DNA of 64,000 nucleotides, from the NCBI GenBank assembly GCA_013822015.1, contig PNJU01000004.1:28685-92684 (forward strand), written 5' to 3'. This DNA comes from Candidatus Puniceispirillum sp. (lineage in GTDB: Bacteria; Pseudomonadota; Alphaproteobacteria; Caedimonadales; UBA1908). Positions 8,841 to 19,394 of the stretch are shown here, one piece after another (within the stretch, counting starts at the first letter, position 1; every line of letters starts with the position of its first letter). The translations under genes were made by a program, and so were the position numbers. The notes beneath the pieces were generated by a model. It had not been told where the DNA came from. It did no database searches and worked only from the letters and a program-made list of their open reading frames with translations.

Positions 8841-9242
8841 TTAGTGGGAGAGGGGCCTGAGCGTAAAGAAAAAACGACGGGATTGATGCTCGAAGAGGTA
8901 ATGGGGAACACTTTCGTGTGTGACGCGCACCAATGTGGGCTGGGCAAGCATTTTTGATGTCTTCACGGGTGTAAGTCGTTTCGCGTAGAGGTGAGCCGGC
9001 TTACCGTTAACATGTATCACCATGGAGAGGGACTGGACGCGTTCCATCTGCGCCTTGAGAAGCTCCACGAGGGGGGCTTCTTGAGACAGCTGGGGAACAC
9101 CATCAGAAAGCGGGACAGTGATACGCACGCGCGCTTGAAAGGGTTCGCTTTCTTGGTCGTCTGATGCGGTTGCATTTGGGCAAGTCACAAGAAGGCTCAG
9201 AAAGAAAGACAGACACAGGTGTAATGAGGGCATGGGGGACAA
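8841..9242 (-). CDS. Hypothetical small exported protein (weak call)
   Basis: 133-aa ORF with an N-terminal signal-like segment LCLSFFLSLLVTCPNATA. No recognisable family. It may not be coding. Confidence 0.3.
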   Translation of the reverse strand: MSPMPSLHLCLSFFLSLLVTCPNATASDDQESEPFQARVRITVPLSDGVPQLSQEAPLVELLKAQMERVQSLSMVIHVNGKPAHLYAKRLTPVKTSKMLAQPTLVRVTHESVPHYLFEHQSRRFFFTLRPLSH

Positions 9243-9287
9243 TTTTCATGATGGCGGGCGCGCAGCCTACACTACGCGCCCAAGGTT

Positions 9288-10532
9288 TTATAAAAGGGTC
9301 AAAAGGGGCGATTCAATGGTTTTCTTGAAAACGTCTAAGAACGCTGCGCCCACGGCACCGTCCAGGGCGCGGTGATCAACGGACAGGGTGCACGACATGA
9401 GTGTTGCAGCACTTATCTCGCCATTTGAGGCAACAACGGGGCGTTTTTCACCGGCACCTACGGCCAAAATACCGCCCTGGGGTGGGTTGATGACGGCGCC
9501 GAACTCCTTCACCCCGAACATGCCAAGGTTCGACAGGGAGAACGTGCCGCCCTGGAACTCCTCGGGACGAAGCTTGCCGGCACGCGCACGCGCGGCCAAA
9601 TCCTTCATCTCAAGGGAGATGTCCGCAAGCGACTTTTCATTGGCGCCGCGAATGATGGGGGTGACAAGACCACCCTCAATGGCGACCGCCACGGAGATAT
9701 CTGCGCGCTTATAAAAACGGATGCTCTCGCCCATGAAGGACGCGTTGGCCTCAGGCACGAGCATAAGAGCCCGTCCCATGGCTTTGATCACAAAGTCATT
9801 GACGGAGATGCGGTTATCCTTCTCAAGGGTCTCATTCACATCGGCGCGAAGGGCCAGGAGCTTATCCAGTGCCACGTCCACGGTCAGATAAAAGTGAGGA
9901 ATAGTTTGCTTGGCTTCCGTCAGACGCTTGGCGATGACCTTGCGCATGTTGGTAAGGGTTTGCTCTTCATAGGCGGGGAAGAGAGCGTCAGCGCCTGTGA
10001 CTGGCGCGGCTTTTGTGACAGGCGTTTGCGCGCTCTCCACATCCACCTTGATGATGCGTCCGTGTGGCCCAGATCCTGTCATACTTGCCAGATCCAAGCC
10101 CTTTTGGGAGGCAATGCGCTTGGCCAGAGGTGAGGCAAGGATGCGTGAAGAGGAAGATGTTTGCCCGCTGGGTGCGCTCTGCGCCGGGGCGCCTTGAGCT
10201 GGTGGCACGCCCTGTGGGGCGGCAGACGGGGCAGGGGCGCTGGCAGCCACGGGAGTAGCTGAAAGGCCGTCCAAAGCACTTGCATCCTCATCTTCTTCTA
10301 AAAGAAGAGCAATAAGGGTGTTCACCTTCACATCCTGGGAGCCTTCTGCCACCAGAATGCGCGCAAGGGTGCCCCCATCAACGGCCTCCACCTCCATGGT
10401 GGCCTTGTCCGTTTCGATCTCGGCGAGAATGTCGCCAGAGGCAACCTGGTCACCCTCCTTCTTATGCCACTTGACGAGGTTTCCCTCTGTCATGGTGGGG
10501 CTGAGTGCGGGCATGAGAACTTGAATCGGCAT
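9288..10532 (-). CDS. pdhC: Pyruvate dehydrogenase E2, dihydrolipoamide acetyltransferase
   Basis: 414 aa with a lipoyl domain (MPALSPTMTEGNLVKW...ETDKA), an Ala/Pro linker, and the catalytic DHR motif. Confidence 0.93.
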   Translation of the reverse strand: MPIQVLMPALSPTMTEGNLVKWHKKEGDQVASGDILAEIETDKATMEVEAVDGGTLARILVAEGSQDVKVNTLIALLLEEDEDASALDGLSATPVAASAPAPSAAPQGVPPAQGAPAQSAPSGQTSSSSRILASPLAKRIASQKGLDLASMTGSGPHGRIIKVDVESAQTPVTKAAPVTGADALFPAYEEQTLTNMRKVIAKRLTEAKQTIPHFYLTVDVALDKLLALRADVNETLEKDNRISVNDFVIKAMGRALMLVPEANASFMGESIRFYKRADISVAVAIEGGLVTPIIRGANEKSLADISLEMKDLAARARAGKLRPEEFQGGTFSLSNLGMFGVKEFGAVINPPQGGILAVGAGEKRPVVASNGEISAATLMSCTLSVDHRALDGAVGAAFLDVFKKTIESPLLTLL

Positions 10533-10553
10533 AGACGTGATCCTTATCTTGTT

Positions 10554-11546
10554 TTAGGAGCGATAACATACCTGCTGGGCGGCGGCAACGACTTGGTCGA
10601 CCTGGGGCAATGCAAGGGCCTCAAGGTTGGCGGCGTAGGGCATGGGAACATCGGCGCCCGTCACACGCACAATGGGTGCGTCCAGATCATCAAAGGCCTT
10701 CTCCATCATAAGAGAGGCAATTTCCGCGCCAATACCCGCAAAGGGCCAGCCCTCTTCCAGGGTCACAAGGCGGTTAGTGCGCTTGACGGAGGACACAATG
10801 AGGTCCGTGTCCAGGGGACGAATGGTGCGCAGGTCAATGACCTCCGCGTCAATGCCTTTTTCAGCGAGAATATCTGCGGCCTTCAGGGCTGTGTCCACCA
10901 TGAGGGAGAACGCCGTGATGGTCACGTCACGTCCAGTGCGCACAATTTTCCCTTTACCCAAGGGAATGATCTCGCCCTCGTCCGAAGTATCTGGAAAGGC
11001 GCGGCCATAGAGAAGCTCGTTCTCGAGGAAAATTACGGGGTTTGGATCGCGAATGGCGGCCTTAAGAAGACCCTTTGCGTCCATGGCACTGTAGGGCGCG
11101 ACAACCTTAAGACCTGGGCAGTGGGCGTACCAGCTGGCGTAGCACTGGGAGTGCTGTGCGCCCACACGTGCGGCGGCGCCGTTGGGGCCACGAAACACTA
11201 TGGGGCATCCCATCTGGCCGCCGGACATGTAAAGGGTCTTGGCAGCACTGTTGATGATGTGGTCAATGGCCTGCATAGAGAAGTTGAAGGTCATGAACTC
11301 CACAATGGGTTTGAGTCCTTTAAAGGCCGCGCCCACGGCAAGGCCAGCAAAGCCGTGCTCGGTGATGGGGGTATCAATGACACGTGTTGGGCCAAAGGCA
11401 TCGAGAAGGCCTTGGCTGACCTTATAAGCACCTTGATATTGGGCAACTTCTTCACCCATGAGGAACACACCTTCATCCCGGTGCATTTCCTCAAGCATGG
11501 CGTCGCGAAGGGCTTCGCGCACGGTAATGGTCGCTGGCGCACTCAT
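10554..11546 (-). CDS. pdhB: Pyruvate dehydrogenase E1 beta subunit
   Basis: 330 aa, transketolase-like, with the conserved [14 protein letters not shown] block. Confidence 0.95.
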   Translation of the reverse strand: MSAPATITVREALRDAMLEEMHRDEGVFLMGEEVAQYQGAYKVSQGLLDAFGPTRVIDTPITEHGFAGLAVGAAFKGLKPIVEFMTFNFSMQAIDHIINSAAKTLYMSGGQMGCPIVFRGPNGAAARVGAQHSQCYASWYAHCPGLKVVAPYSAMDAKGLLKAAIRDPNPVIFLENELLYGRAFPDTSDEGEIIPLGKGKIVRTGRDVTITAFSLMVDTALKAADILAEKGIDAEVIDLRTIRPLDTDLIVSSVKRTNRLVTLEEGWPFAGIGAEIASLMMEKAFDDLDAPIVRVTGADVPMPYAANLEALALPQVDQVVAAAQQVCYRS

Positions 11547-12559
11547 TATTGATTCTCCTCGTGTGTCTCAATCAAAATATCGGTGTAAAGCTCGCTGGCG
11601 TCGGGCAGTGGGCTTTCCTGGGCAAAGGCAACGGCCTCCAAGCAAACTTCCTTCACGCTTTTTTCAAGGTCTTTGAAATAGGTTTCATCCACGCCAAAGT
11701 CGCTCTCAAGCATGGCCTTCAACCGGTCGAGGGGATCGGACTTGCGCACCTCTTCCACCTCTTCCTTAGAGCGGTATTTGGCTGGGTCAGACATGGAGTG
11801 GCCGCGGTAACGGTAAGTCATCATTTCCAGAAGGTAAGGCCCCTTGCCACTGCGGATGTGCTCAAGGGCTTTTGTTGCGGCTGCGCGCACGGCCAAAATA
11901 TCCATGCCGTCCACTTGCTCGCCGGGAATGCCGTAGGGTGCGCCTCGCTCAAAGAGGTTTCCGGCCGCGTGTCTGGCTTGGGAGGTACCCATGCCGTACT
12001 TGTTGTTTTCGATGATATAAAGAACGGGTAACTTCCACAGGGCTGCCATGTTGAAGGACTCATAGACCTGTCCTTGGTTGGCTGCGCCGTCACCCATGTA
12101 GGCCACACAGACGCCGCCATCCTTCATGTATTGGTGTGCAAAGCCAAGGCCTGTTCCCAAAGACACTTGAGCGCCCACAATGCCGTGACCGCCATAGAAA
12201 TTCTTTTGGCGCGAGAACATGTGCATGGAGCCGCCCTTACCCTTGGAGTATCCACCCGCGCGTCCCGTGAGCTCCGCCATGACCCCCTTAGGGTCCATGC
12301 CACAGGCGAGCATATGGCCGTGATCGCGGTAAGCTGTAATGACGCTATCCTGGGGCGCAAGGCACGCTTGGATACCCACCACAACGGCCTCTTGTCCGAT
12401 GTAGAGGTGACAAAAGCCAGCAATCTGTCCCATGCCATAAAGCTGGGCGCACCGCTCCTCGAAACGGCGAATAAGCAGCATTTCTTTGTAAAAGCCAAGA
12501 AGCTCTTCTTTTGTATGGGGGGTGGGGGGTGTTTGTTTTTTCATGGCGTGCAGTCCCAT
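11546..12559 (-). CDS. pdhA: Pyruvate dehydrogenase E1 alpha subunit
   Basis: 337 aa with the TPP-binding GDGAANQG motif and [11 protein letters not shown]. Confidence 0.95.
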   Translation of the reverse strand: MGLHAMKKQTPPTPHTKEELLGFYKEMLLIRRFEERCAQLYGMGQIAGFCHLYIGQEAVVVGIQACLAPQDSVITAYRDHGHMLACGMDPKGVMAELTGRAGGYSKGKGGSMHMFSRQKNFYGGHGIVGAQVSLGTGLGFAHQYMKDGGVCVAYMGDGAANQGQVYESFNMAALWKLPVLYIIENNKYGMGTSQARHAAGNLFERGAPYGIPGEQVDGMDILAVRAAATKALEHIRSGKGPYLLEMMTYRYRGHSMSDPAKYRSKEEVEEVRKSDPLDRLKAMLESDFGVDETYFKDLEKSVKEVCLEAVAFAQESPLPDASELYTDILIETHEENQ

Positions 12560-12574
12560 GGTTTGTGCTCCTCA

Positions 12575-12602
12575 AAGAAAAAGGGCTGGCGCAGGCCAGC
12601 CC
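12575..12602 (-). terminator. Rho-independent terminator after rplS
   Basis: GGGCTGGC / GCAG / GCCAGCCC hairpin (12583-12602) with a T-run on the minus strand (plus-strand AAAGAAAAA 12575-12582). Confidence 0.65.
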
Positions 12603-12638
12603 TTTAAAGAGATTATCCTCGCGTAAGCAAAGAAACCC

Positions 12639-13040
12639 TTACGCGTTTGCATCCGTGGACGCACTCGCTGCTTTCGCACGGGTATAGTCTTTCTTCTCAG
12701 CAATACGCGCGCTTTTACCGCGACGATCACGTAGGTAGTAAAGCTTTGCGCGGCGTACTTGACCGCGACGCACAACTTCGATTTGAATCTTTGGTGAGTA
12801 AAGAGGGAAGACGCGCTCAACACCCTCACCGAAAGAGATCTTACGTACGGTGAAGGAAGAGTTCAAACCGCTGTTCTTGCGCGCAATGCACACGCCTTCA
12901 TAGGCCTGGGCGCGTTCACGGTCACCTTCAACAACCTTCACGAGAACCTTGAGTGTATCCCCAGGTCCAAACTCAGGAATCGCACGGCCTTGCGTCAGGC
13001 TTGCGAGCTGATCCTTCTCAAATTGCTCTAACAAATTCAT
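12639..13040 (-). CDS. rplS: 50S ribosomal protein L19
   Basis: Conserved L19 core beginning [12 protein letters not shown]. The ATG at 13040 sits 1 nt after the trmD stop. The 182-aa track ORF is an upstream over-extension. Confidence 0.93.
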   Translation of the reverse strand: MNLLEQFEKDQLASLTQGRAIPEFGPGDTLKVLVKVVEGDRERAQAYEGVCIARKNSGLNSSFTVRKISFGEGVERVFPLYSPKIQIEVVRRGQVRRAKLYYLRDRRGKSARIAEKKDYTRAKAASASTDANA

Positions 13041-13041
13041 T

Positions 13042-13752
13042 TTATAGCCCTTTCTCATCCTCACCAGAGTCAGCATAAGCGTCCCACAAATCAGGACGGC
13101 GCACCTTGGTGCGTGCAATTGCTTGCTCTGTTCGCCACTGGCGTACTTTCCCATGATGGCCCGACAACAAAACGTCTGGCACCTCACGTCCCTGCCACTG
13201 TTGAGGACGCGTGTAGTGGGGGTATTCCAAAAGACCCTGGGAGAAGCTCTCTTCTTCCAAAGACTCCTGGGAGTTTAACACACCTGGAACGAGGCGCACA
13301 CAGGCATCTAAAAGTACCATAGCTGCGAGCTCGCCACCAGACAACACATAATCGCCGATGCTGATTTCCTCAAAGTCCCATGCGTCCAGGACCCTTTGAT
13401 CAACACCCTCAAATCGTCCGCATAATAATCCGATGTTTTGTGCTTTGGCAAGTTCTTTCGCGCGTTTTTGTGTGAAAGGCTTCCCACTGGGAGATAAATA
13501 GATGAGGGCATCTGGTTTTTTCTCGCCGTAAGTGGCCATAAGCGCTTGATGAAGCACGTCTGGGCGCATGACCATGCCGGGCCCGCCCCCAAAGGGAGCG
13601 TCATCCACCGTCACATGCTTATCCGTTGCAAAATCACGAATATTCACACACGACAAAGACCACAGGTCTTGGGAGAGTCCTCGCCCCACAACGGAGGCAC
13701 CCAAGGGACCAGGGAAAAGCTCAGGAAAAAGAGTAAAGACAGTTGCTCTCAC
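13042..13752 (-). CDS. trmD: tRNA (guanine37-N1)-methyltransferase
   Basis: 236 aa with [19 protein letters not shown] and [10 protein letters not shown]. Confidence 0.95.
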   Translation of the reverse strand: MRATVFTLFPELFPGPLGASVVGRGLSQDLWSLSCVNIRDFATDKHVTVDDAPFGGGPGMVMRPDVLHQALMATYGEKKPDALIYLSPSGKPFTQKRAKELAKAQNIGLLCGRFEGVDQRVLDAWDFEEISIGDYVLSGGELAAMVLLDACVRLVPGVLNSQESLEEESFSQGLLEYPHYTRPQQWQGREVPDVLLSGHHGKVRQWRTEQAIARTKVRRPDLWDAYADSGEDEKGL

Positions 13753-13753
13753 G

Positions 13754-14278
13754 TCAGTCTCCTTTGCTTGTCAGAACAAAGGCGCTGTGGACCTCAAGAT
13801 ACCCTTTATCCACAGCAACCATTGGCACGGCGTCTTTGTGAAAAGGCACCATGACCTCCTCAAGGGAGCCGTTGGCCGCAAGCACCAAAATGTCCCCCGC
13901 CCCAAAGTTCTCAACACGCACGACGCGAAGAGACTGCCCTGTTTCCAAAATACGTGCTTCTAACCCCTCAAGGGTATGGTAGTAGTACCCATCATCTTCC
14001 CCGAGATCTGGAAGTAAGTCTTTGGAACCATACAGCACTTTTGTTTGATGAAGCTTGCCGGCCTCAGGTGTGTCGATCCCAGAAAGCTTCACGATGAGGC
14101 GATCTTTTGATGCCCCACGCACAGCTTCTAAGGTATAGGACGCGCCCCTTTCGTCTTCTAAAAGAACCCCCTTTTTTAAGAAGGAAGGGTCTTCCAGAAG
14201 ACAAAAAGCTTTCAGCTCCCCACGGATACCATGGGGAGCTGAAAGTTTCAAAACACGGATTAACGCTTTGGACGACAA
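13754..14278 (-). CDS. rimM: 16S rRNA processing protein RimM
   Basis: 174 aa with the HGIRGELK motif. Sits in the canonical rpsP-rimM-trmD-rplS order. Confidence 0.88.
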   Translation of the reverse strand: MSSKALIRVLKLSAPHGIRGELKAFCLLEDPSFLKKGVLLEDERGASYTLEAVRGASKDRLIVKLSGIDTPEAGKLHQTKVLYGSKDLLPDLGEDDGYYYHTLEGLEARILETGQSLRVVRVENFGAGDILVLAANGSLEEVMVPFHKDAVPMVAVDKGYLEVHSAFVLTSKGD

Positions 14279-14283
14279 AGGTT

Positions 14284-14664
14284 TTACGCGTCAGCAGCCG
14301 GTGCTTCAGCCTCAGCCTTTGCGGCGGCTTCCTTCTCAGCCTTCTCGCGCAGACGCTCTTGTGCTCTGGCCTTTGGCTGGGATTGCTTTGGATCCGTGTT
14401 GCGCTTGGGGGCCGCAACAAGACCCCTGTCGCTCAAGAAACGTGCAACGCGGTCTGTGGGTAGCGCGCCGCTTGCCAACCAGTGGCGAATACGGTCCTCA
14501 ACGAGGCGGATGCGATCGGGATGCTCCTTGGCAACCATGGGGTTGTAAAAACCAACCTTTTCAATGAAGCGACCATCGCGGGGGCTTCTGGAGTCAGCCA
14601 CAACGATTTGATAAAAAGGACGCTTTTTTGCGCCACCACGTGCCAAACGAATTTTCAAAGACAT
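14284..14664 (-). CDS. rpsP: 30S ribosomal protein S16
   Basis: 126 aa with [35 protein letters not shown]. Confidence 0.95.
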   Translation of the reverse strand: MSLKIRLARGGAKKRPFYQIVVADSRSPRDGRFIEKVGFYNPMVAKEHPDRIRLVEDRIRHWLASGALPTDRVARFLSDRGLVAAPKRNTDPKQSQPKARAQERLREKAEKEAAAKAEAEAPAADA

Positions 14665-14685
14665 CTGTTTCTCCTTGTCTTTACA

Positions 14686-16044
14686 CTATTTTGGAGAACG
14701 GCCAAGAAGCGCCGCCAACCCATGGCGACGCAGACCCTTCTCCCCTAACTTATTCATACGCTTCATCATACCGCTCATCTCTGTGAACTGTTTGAGCAAG
14801 CGATTGACCTCGGGCACCGACGTGCCTGAGCCTTGGGCAATGCGTCTACGACAAGACCCATTGATCAATTTCACATTTACCCGCTCCTTTTTGGTCATGG
14901 AGCGGATAATGGCCAGTTGACGTGCGACCATTTTGTCATTCACGCCAGCGCTGGCCATTTGATCTTTTATTTTACCGACACCAGGCAGCATGCCCATAAG
15001 ACCGCCAAGGCCACCCATCTTTGAGACTTGCTCAAGTTGTTTAGCCATGTCGTTGAAGTCAAAGGCACCCTTGCGCGCCTTTTGGGCAAAGGCCTCGGCT
15101 TCCTCCCGGTCAAGGGTTTGGGCCGCCTTTTCCACCAGCGTGACAATGTCGCCCATACCTAGGATGCGGCTGGCGATACGGTCTGCGTGGAAGGGCTCGA
15201 TTTGATCAAGCTTTTCGCCTGTTCCCAGATACTTGATGGGGCGACCTGTGACCGCGCGCATGGATAGGGTTGCGCCGCCTCTGGCGTCCCCATCAATACG
15301 GGTCAGTGCCACACCTGTCACGTCCAGGCGCTCGTGGAACGCACGGGCGGTGACGGCGGCGTCTTGTCCCGTCATGGCATCGGCAACGAGGAGAATCTCG
15401 CTGGGGTTCAGAAAGCTTTTCAGCTGAGTGAGCTCATCCATGAGCGCCTCATCGATGTGGAGGCGTCCGGCTGTGTCCATGAAAAGGATGTCATAGCCCT
15501 CAAGGCGCGCACTCTCCATGGCGCGCTTGGCGATGTCGTTGACGGACTCGTTTGCCTTAATGGGCAGGGTGGCAATACCCGTTTGCGCGCCCAGTGTCTC
15601 GAGCTGCTCGCGGGCTGCTGGCCTATAAATGTCGGCAGACGCCATGAGGATCTTTTTGTTGTGCTGGGTCTTGAGAAGACGCGCAAGCTTAGCCGTGAGG
15701 GTCGTCTTACCCGCACCCTGCAAGCCCACCATCATGATAACGGCAGGGGGCGCGACGGAAAGATTGAGGCTTGCGCCTTCTTCGCCTAAGGTCTCCACCA
15801 AAAGATCGTGGACGATCTTGACGACCATCTGGCCAGGGGTAATGCTGCGCAGCACCTCTTGACCAACGGCGCGCTCGCGCACACGCTCCACAAACTCTTT
15901 GACAACAGAAAGGGCCACATCCGCCTCAAGAAGGGCGATGCGAATCTCGCGCAGGGCCAAGGTCACATCTTCTTCGCTCAGTGCGCCGCGTTTGCGCAAC
16001 CGGTCGAAAATGCTCCCGAGGCGATCCGTTAAACTGTCAAACAT
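14686..16044 (-). CDS. ffh: Signal recognition particle protein Ffh
   Basis: NG domain (GLQGAGKTT, DTAGR) plus a Met-rich M domain. The ATG at 16044 (MFDSLTDRL) is preferred over the TTG at 16059. Confidence 0.95.
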   Translation of the reverse strand: MFDSLTDRLGSIFDRLRKRGALSEEDVTLALREIRIALLEADVALSVVKEFVERVRERAVGQEVLRSITPGQMVVKIVHDLLVETLGEEGASLNLSVAPPAVIMMVGLQGAGKTTLTAKLARLLKTQHNKKILMASADIYRPAAREQLETLGAQTGIATLPIKANESVNDIAKRAMESARLEGYDILFMDTAGRLHIDEALMDELTQLKSFLNPSEILLVADAMTGQDAAVTARAFHERLDVTGVALTRIDGDARGGATLSMRAVTGRPIKYLGTGEKLDQIEPFHADRIASRILGMGDIVTLVEKAAQTLDREEAEAFAQKARKGAFDFNDMAKQLEQVSKMGGLGGLMGMLPGVGKIKDQMASAGVNDKMVARQLAIIRSMTKKERVNVKLINGSCRRRIAQGSGTSVPEVNRLLKQFTEMSGMMKRMNKLGEKGLRRHGLAALLGRSPK

Positions 16045-16221
16045 ATTTTTCCATAACAAAAAGCACCGGTGGGCGACACTCGCTGACCGGTGAATTAATC
16101 ACAGCACTCTAGGCGGGTCCCGCGCTAAATGTCAAGACGTTTGTGCTTTTGTCTTAAAAAGACTGGGGAATTTCGTAAAAACACGTTATGATGGGGGCCA
16201 AATGGCCCAGGGAGATTCTTC

Positions 16222-17004
16222 ATGCTGCACGAGTTATCGCACTTAATTTTACAAATCACCCGCGAGTATTTTGTGATTGGCTTTATCTCCGTGGGCTACT
16301 TAACCTGGCGCAAGGATGCCTTCTCCAGGGCCCTTTTCATTTTACTTTTTACCATGCTTCTTAATCCCTACCTCAAGTCTTTGTTCCAAATTCCCCTGGA
16401 CCCGGCCCTGGGTAAGCAAGGATGGGCCTTTCCTAGCGGGCATATGCAAACAACCTTTACCCTTTGGGTGTGGCTCGCGTGGGAGCTGCGTCACCGGATT
16501 TTTACGGTTGTGGCAAGCCTTGTGGTTGTGGGCGTTGCCTTTGCCCTTGTCCATGAGGGATACCACAACGTGAAGGACATTATGGGCGCCGTTGGCTTTG
16601 GGCTGGCGACCCTTCTTGCGTACGCCTTTGTGTGCCGTGTGACGCCCCAAGACAGGCACCCATACCTGGGCGTCTTTATGGCGGCCATTGGCCTATTCCT
16701 GATCTTTATCACGCCTGAAAACCTTCCCCATATGTGGATCGCCGAAGGGGCGCTTGTGGGCTTTTCCATTGGGTGGGCCATTTATCACGCATGGGATACA
16801 GATGATTGGCTTTTCAGGCGTCGTTACACCGTTGCGGCGGCCTTTCTTGGAATTGTTGGCCTCTATGTCCTGACCATTCCACTCAAGGGCTATATGGGGC
16901 TGGAAGGGCTGAACTTTATCCGCTTTAGTGCCATTGCCTTTTGGGTGAGTCACGGGGCAGAGGCGGTTGTGTACTACATTCACCGCATCACGGGCCGTCT
17001 CTAA
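16222..17004 (+). CDS. PAP2-family membrane phosphatase
   Basis: 260-aa polytopic membrane ORF with the PSGH motif (AFPSGHMQT) and H-x3-D (HNVKD). Confidence 0.7.
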   Translation: MLHELSHLILQITREYFVIGFISVGYLTWRKDAFSRALFILLFTMLLNPYLKSLFQIPLDPALGKQGWAFPSGHMQTTFTLWVWLAWELRHRIFTVVASLVVVGVAFALVHEGYHNVKDIMGAVGFGLATLLAYAFVCRVTPQDRHPYLGVFMAAIGLFLIFITPENLPHMWIAEGALVGFSIGWAIYHAWDTDDWLFRRRYTVAAAFLGIVGLYVLTIPLKGYMGLEGLNFIRFSAIAFWVSHGAEAVVYYIHRITGRL

Positions 17005-17304
17005 GGCGTGCCTCTTAGGACGTCTGGGGTCTATAGCCGAACCTTTATAATTTGATAATGCGTCACTCGCCGCTCGTGTATACTTATACACGTCACTTTC
17101 CTCGTATCCTGTTATCACATTAAACTGTTCTAGCTATATAGCGCAAACCCTTTAAAATGGTGATAAAGTCAGGCGTCGGGATAAGCCATGCTCACTTATG
17201 TCTTTATGAGCTCCGCGCGCCTTATCCTCGCCTTCGAGAGTACTCATTTGAAATGCTTTTGCGCGTGCGTTCTATAAGTGTTTAGCTCTATATCAGGATG
17301 ACGC

Positions 17305-18702
17305 TTAGAGAACGTCCACATCAACGGACGGCTGATCCTTCTGGGTGGAGCCAGACTTGGGATGGGTCTCCTGCATAAACTTCAAAAGTCCAATGGAGAT
17401 CACAAGGCACAGGGGCAAGAGGCTTAAGCCCACACGGTAATCGCCAGCCGTATAAAGGGGAATACCGTCTTTGTACTGGTGATCCCAGGTCAGCTCAATG
17501 AGAAAGCCGATGAAGGGATGGAAGGCGCCTGTGAGCATCACGATCATATTGATAAAGGCCGTTGAGACGCCACTCATGCTGCGAGGCATAATCTCGCAGA
17601 TCACAGCAAAGGTGAGGACTTTTGCCGTATAGAAAAAGCCTGCGAGGAAGAAAAGGCCGTAGAACACATAGATGTGTTGCGCCGGGTACAAAAGGATGGC
17701 CATGTAAACAAGGGCGCTGGCAACGGATCCCACATACATGGGAAAGCGCCGCTGGGTCATCACGTCCGACATGGTTGTAAAGAAGGGGCTTCCAACGGCC
17801 GCCCCCACAAACATGGCGGAAATGACCGCGGCGGCCTCTTTTTCAGATACACCGGCAGCATGTTGAACAAAGGGCACGCCCCACGCGTCACCAATGATGG
17901 TGATGGGCATGTACATGAGGGTGCCGTAAAGGGCGATGATCCATGTTTGGGGGTTGAGAGCAAGGGTTTTGATATCATGGAAAGGGTGACGGTTCTCAAG
18001 GAAGGGTTTGGCATCGTCCTTGTGAGAGTGGGCCTCATCGGGGCTGCGCACAAAGGCGTAGCAAAGGATGCCCACACCCACACCGAGCCCCCCTAAAAGC
18101 ATATAACTCACCCGCCATCCAATGGCGTCCACAAGCATGCTTAAGGGTGCACCCCCTGCACAGGCGCCCAGGGTCCCAAAGCCGATGGTCAAGGCAATGA
18201 CATTTCCAAGGCGTGTAGGATGGAGCCAAAGAGTGCCCAGCTTCAAGGTCCCAATAAGCCCGCAAGCCCCTCCAACACCGATGGCAAAGCGCGCCACACC
18301 CGCCATGAAGAGGCCATTGGCGTGGGCAAACAGAAAGCACGAGAGGCCGCAAAGGCAAGCAGCAGTTGCCAACAGATAGCGTGGCCCTAGGCGGTCAAGG
18401 GTGATACCAAGGGGAAGCTGCATGCCCGCATAACCCCAAGAGTACCAGCTGACGACACCGCCAAAGGCAAGGGCGTCAATCATGAAAGCTTCCATGATTT
18501 CGTTGTTCATGACATTGGGGGAAACACGTAAAATGAACTGGTAGGCGTAAAAAAGGGCGCCGCACATAATGATGCCCCAAATGGGACCTTCTTCTTTCCA
18601 AAGAGCTTTGGCTTTGAGGATAAGATCATGGTACGCAGATGCGGACACAGACGAAGGGGATGGCGATGGTGAGAGAGGTATGTTCTTATTTTTTTCAACC
18701 AT
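17305..18702 (-). CDS. MFS transporter
   Basis: 465 aa, about 12 TM segments, with an MFS-like loop (GITLDRLGPR). Confidence 0.8.
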   Translation of the reverse strand: MVEKNKNIPLSPSPSPSSVSASAYHDLILKAKALWKEEGPIWGIIMCGALFYAYQFILRVSPNVMNNEIMEAFMIDALAFGGVVSWYSWGYAGMQLPLGITLDRLGPRYLLATAACLCGLSCFLFAHANGLFMAGVARFAIGVGGACGLIGTLKLGTLWLHPTRLGNVIALTIGFGTLGACAGGAPLSMLVDAIGWRVSYMLLGGLGVGVGILCYAFVRSPDEAHSHKDDAKPFLENRHPFHDIKTLALNPQTWIIALYGTLMYMPITIIGDAWGVPFVQHAAGVSEKEAAAVISAMFVGAAVGSPFFTTMSDVMTQRRFPMYVGSVASALVYMAILLYPAQHIYVFYGLFFLAGFFYTAKVLTFAVICEIMPRSMSGVSTAFINMIVMLTGAFHPFIGFLIELTWDHQYKDGIPLYTAGDYRVGLSLLPLCLVISIGLLKFMQETHPKSGSTQKDQPSVDVDVL

Positions 18703-18800
18703 ATCGCCGTACTATTGCTCCGTTTTTAGGTTTATTCAAAGCCTGACACATCTTTCCTTTATACCTCGCCATGGGCCGTGTGTCAAAACCTCTGGCAAAA

Positions 18801-19394
18801 TCAGGGGTATTTAGGGGGAGATTTTTTAAGGAATTTTTGAAGAATAGCGTAGGCTTGGTTGATGTTTTTCAAAGTTTCTTCGGCTTGCTTACACCCTTGA
18901 TTCAGGTCCGGGTGGAAGCGCTTGGCCAGAATCTTATAGCGAGTTTTGAGGATGTCTTGGGTCAGGGGTGGCGAAAGGTTCAAAACAGCCAGCGCCTCAC
19001 GCTCTTGTTTGCCCATGGCGGGGTCAAGGGGCATACGTGTTTGCGCAGTGTCACCCAGGTCAATTCCTTCAAACACAAAGGATTTCCCAAAAGCAGCTCC
19101 CATGGCAAACGGCCAAGTGGGGCGACACCAGGTGGTGTCGCTGCGCCGGGACGCTTCAATTTCATCCTCCCCCATGTTGGCGTAGTAGTTCCAGGAGGCG
19201 TTATAGGCTTTCACGTGCTCGAGACAAAACCAATAACGTTCCTCAAGGCGGTTAGCGGACCTGGGGGCGGGGTACGTTCCTTCCTCACAGCACTGGGCGT
19301 GCATACAGGAGGTTGTCTCCCGCTTAGGGCCTTCTTCCAAAAAGGGGTGGAGTTTGTAGGCGCCGCGCATGAAAGCCTGTTCTAGAAATGACAC
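18801..19394 (-). CDS. J-domain protein (C-terminal DnaJ domain)
   Basis: 197 aa with a C-terminal J domain containing HPD (YKILAKRFHPDLN) and an N-terminal Cys-containing WFCLEHVKAYN region. Overlaps the trxB stop by 13 nt. Confidence 0.8.
   Translation of the reverse strand: MSFLEQAFMRGAYKLHPFLEEGPKRETTSCMHAQCCEEGTYPAPRSANRLEERYWFCLEHVKAYNASWNYYANMGEDEIEASRRSDTTWCRPTWPFAMGAAFGKSFVFEGIDLGDTAQTRMPLDPAMGKQEREALAVLNLSPPLTQDILKTRYKILAKRFHPDLNQGCKQAEETLKNINQAYAILQKFLKKSPPKYP

Noticed and set aside
8684-8947. 87-aa ORF spanning the DnaA boxes
   Set aside because: Low-complexity Ser/Pro/Phe composition, no ribosome-binding site, and it overlaps the 133-aa ORF. More likely non-coding origin DNA.
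10464-11552. 362-aa ORF on the + strand
   Set aside because: It lies exactly antisense to the well-conserved pdhB gene and has a Gly/His/Val-rich nonsense-like composition. This is a typical shadow ORF of GC-biased coding DNA.
13041-13187. 49-codon N-terminal extension of the rplS ORF (182-aa track ORF)
   Set aside because: The extension overlaps the 3-prime end of trmD and is not L19-like. The conserved L19 sequence begins at the ATG at 13040.
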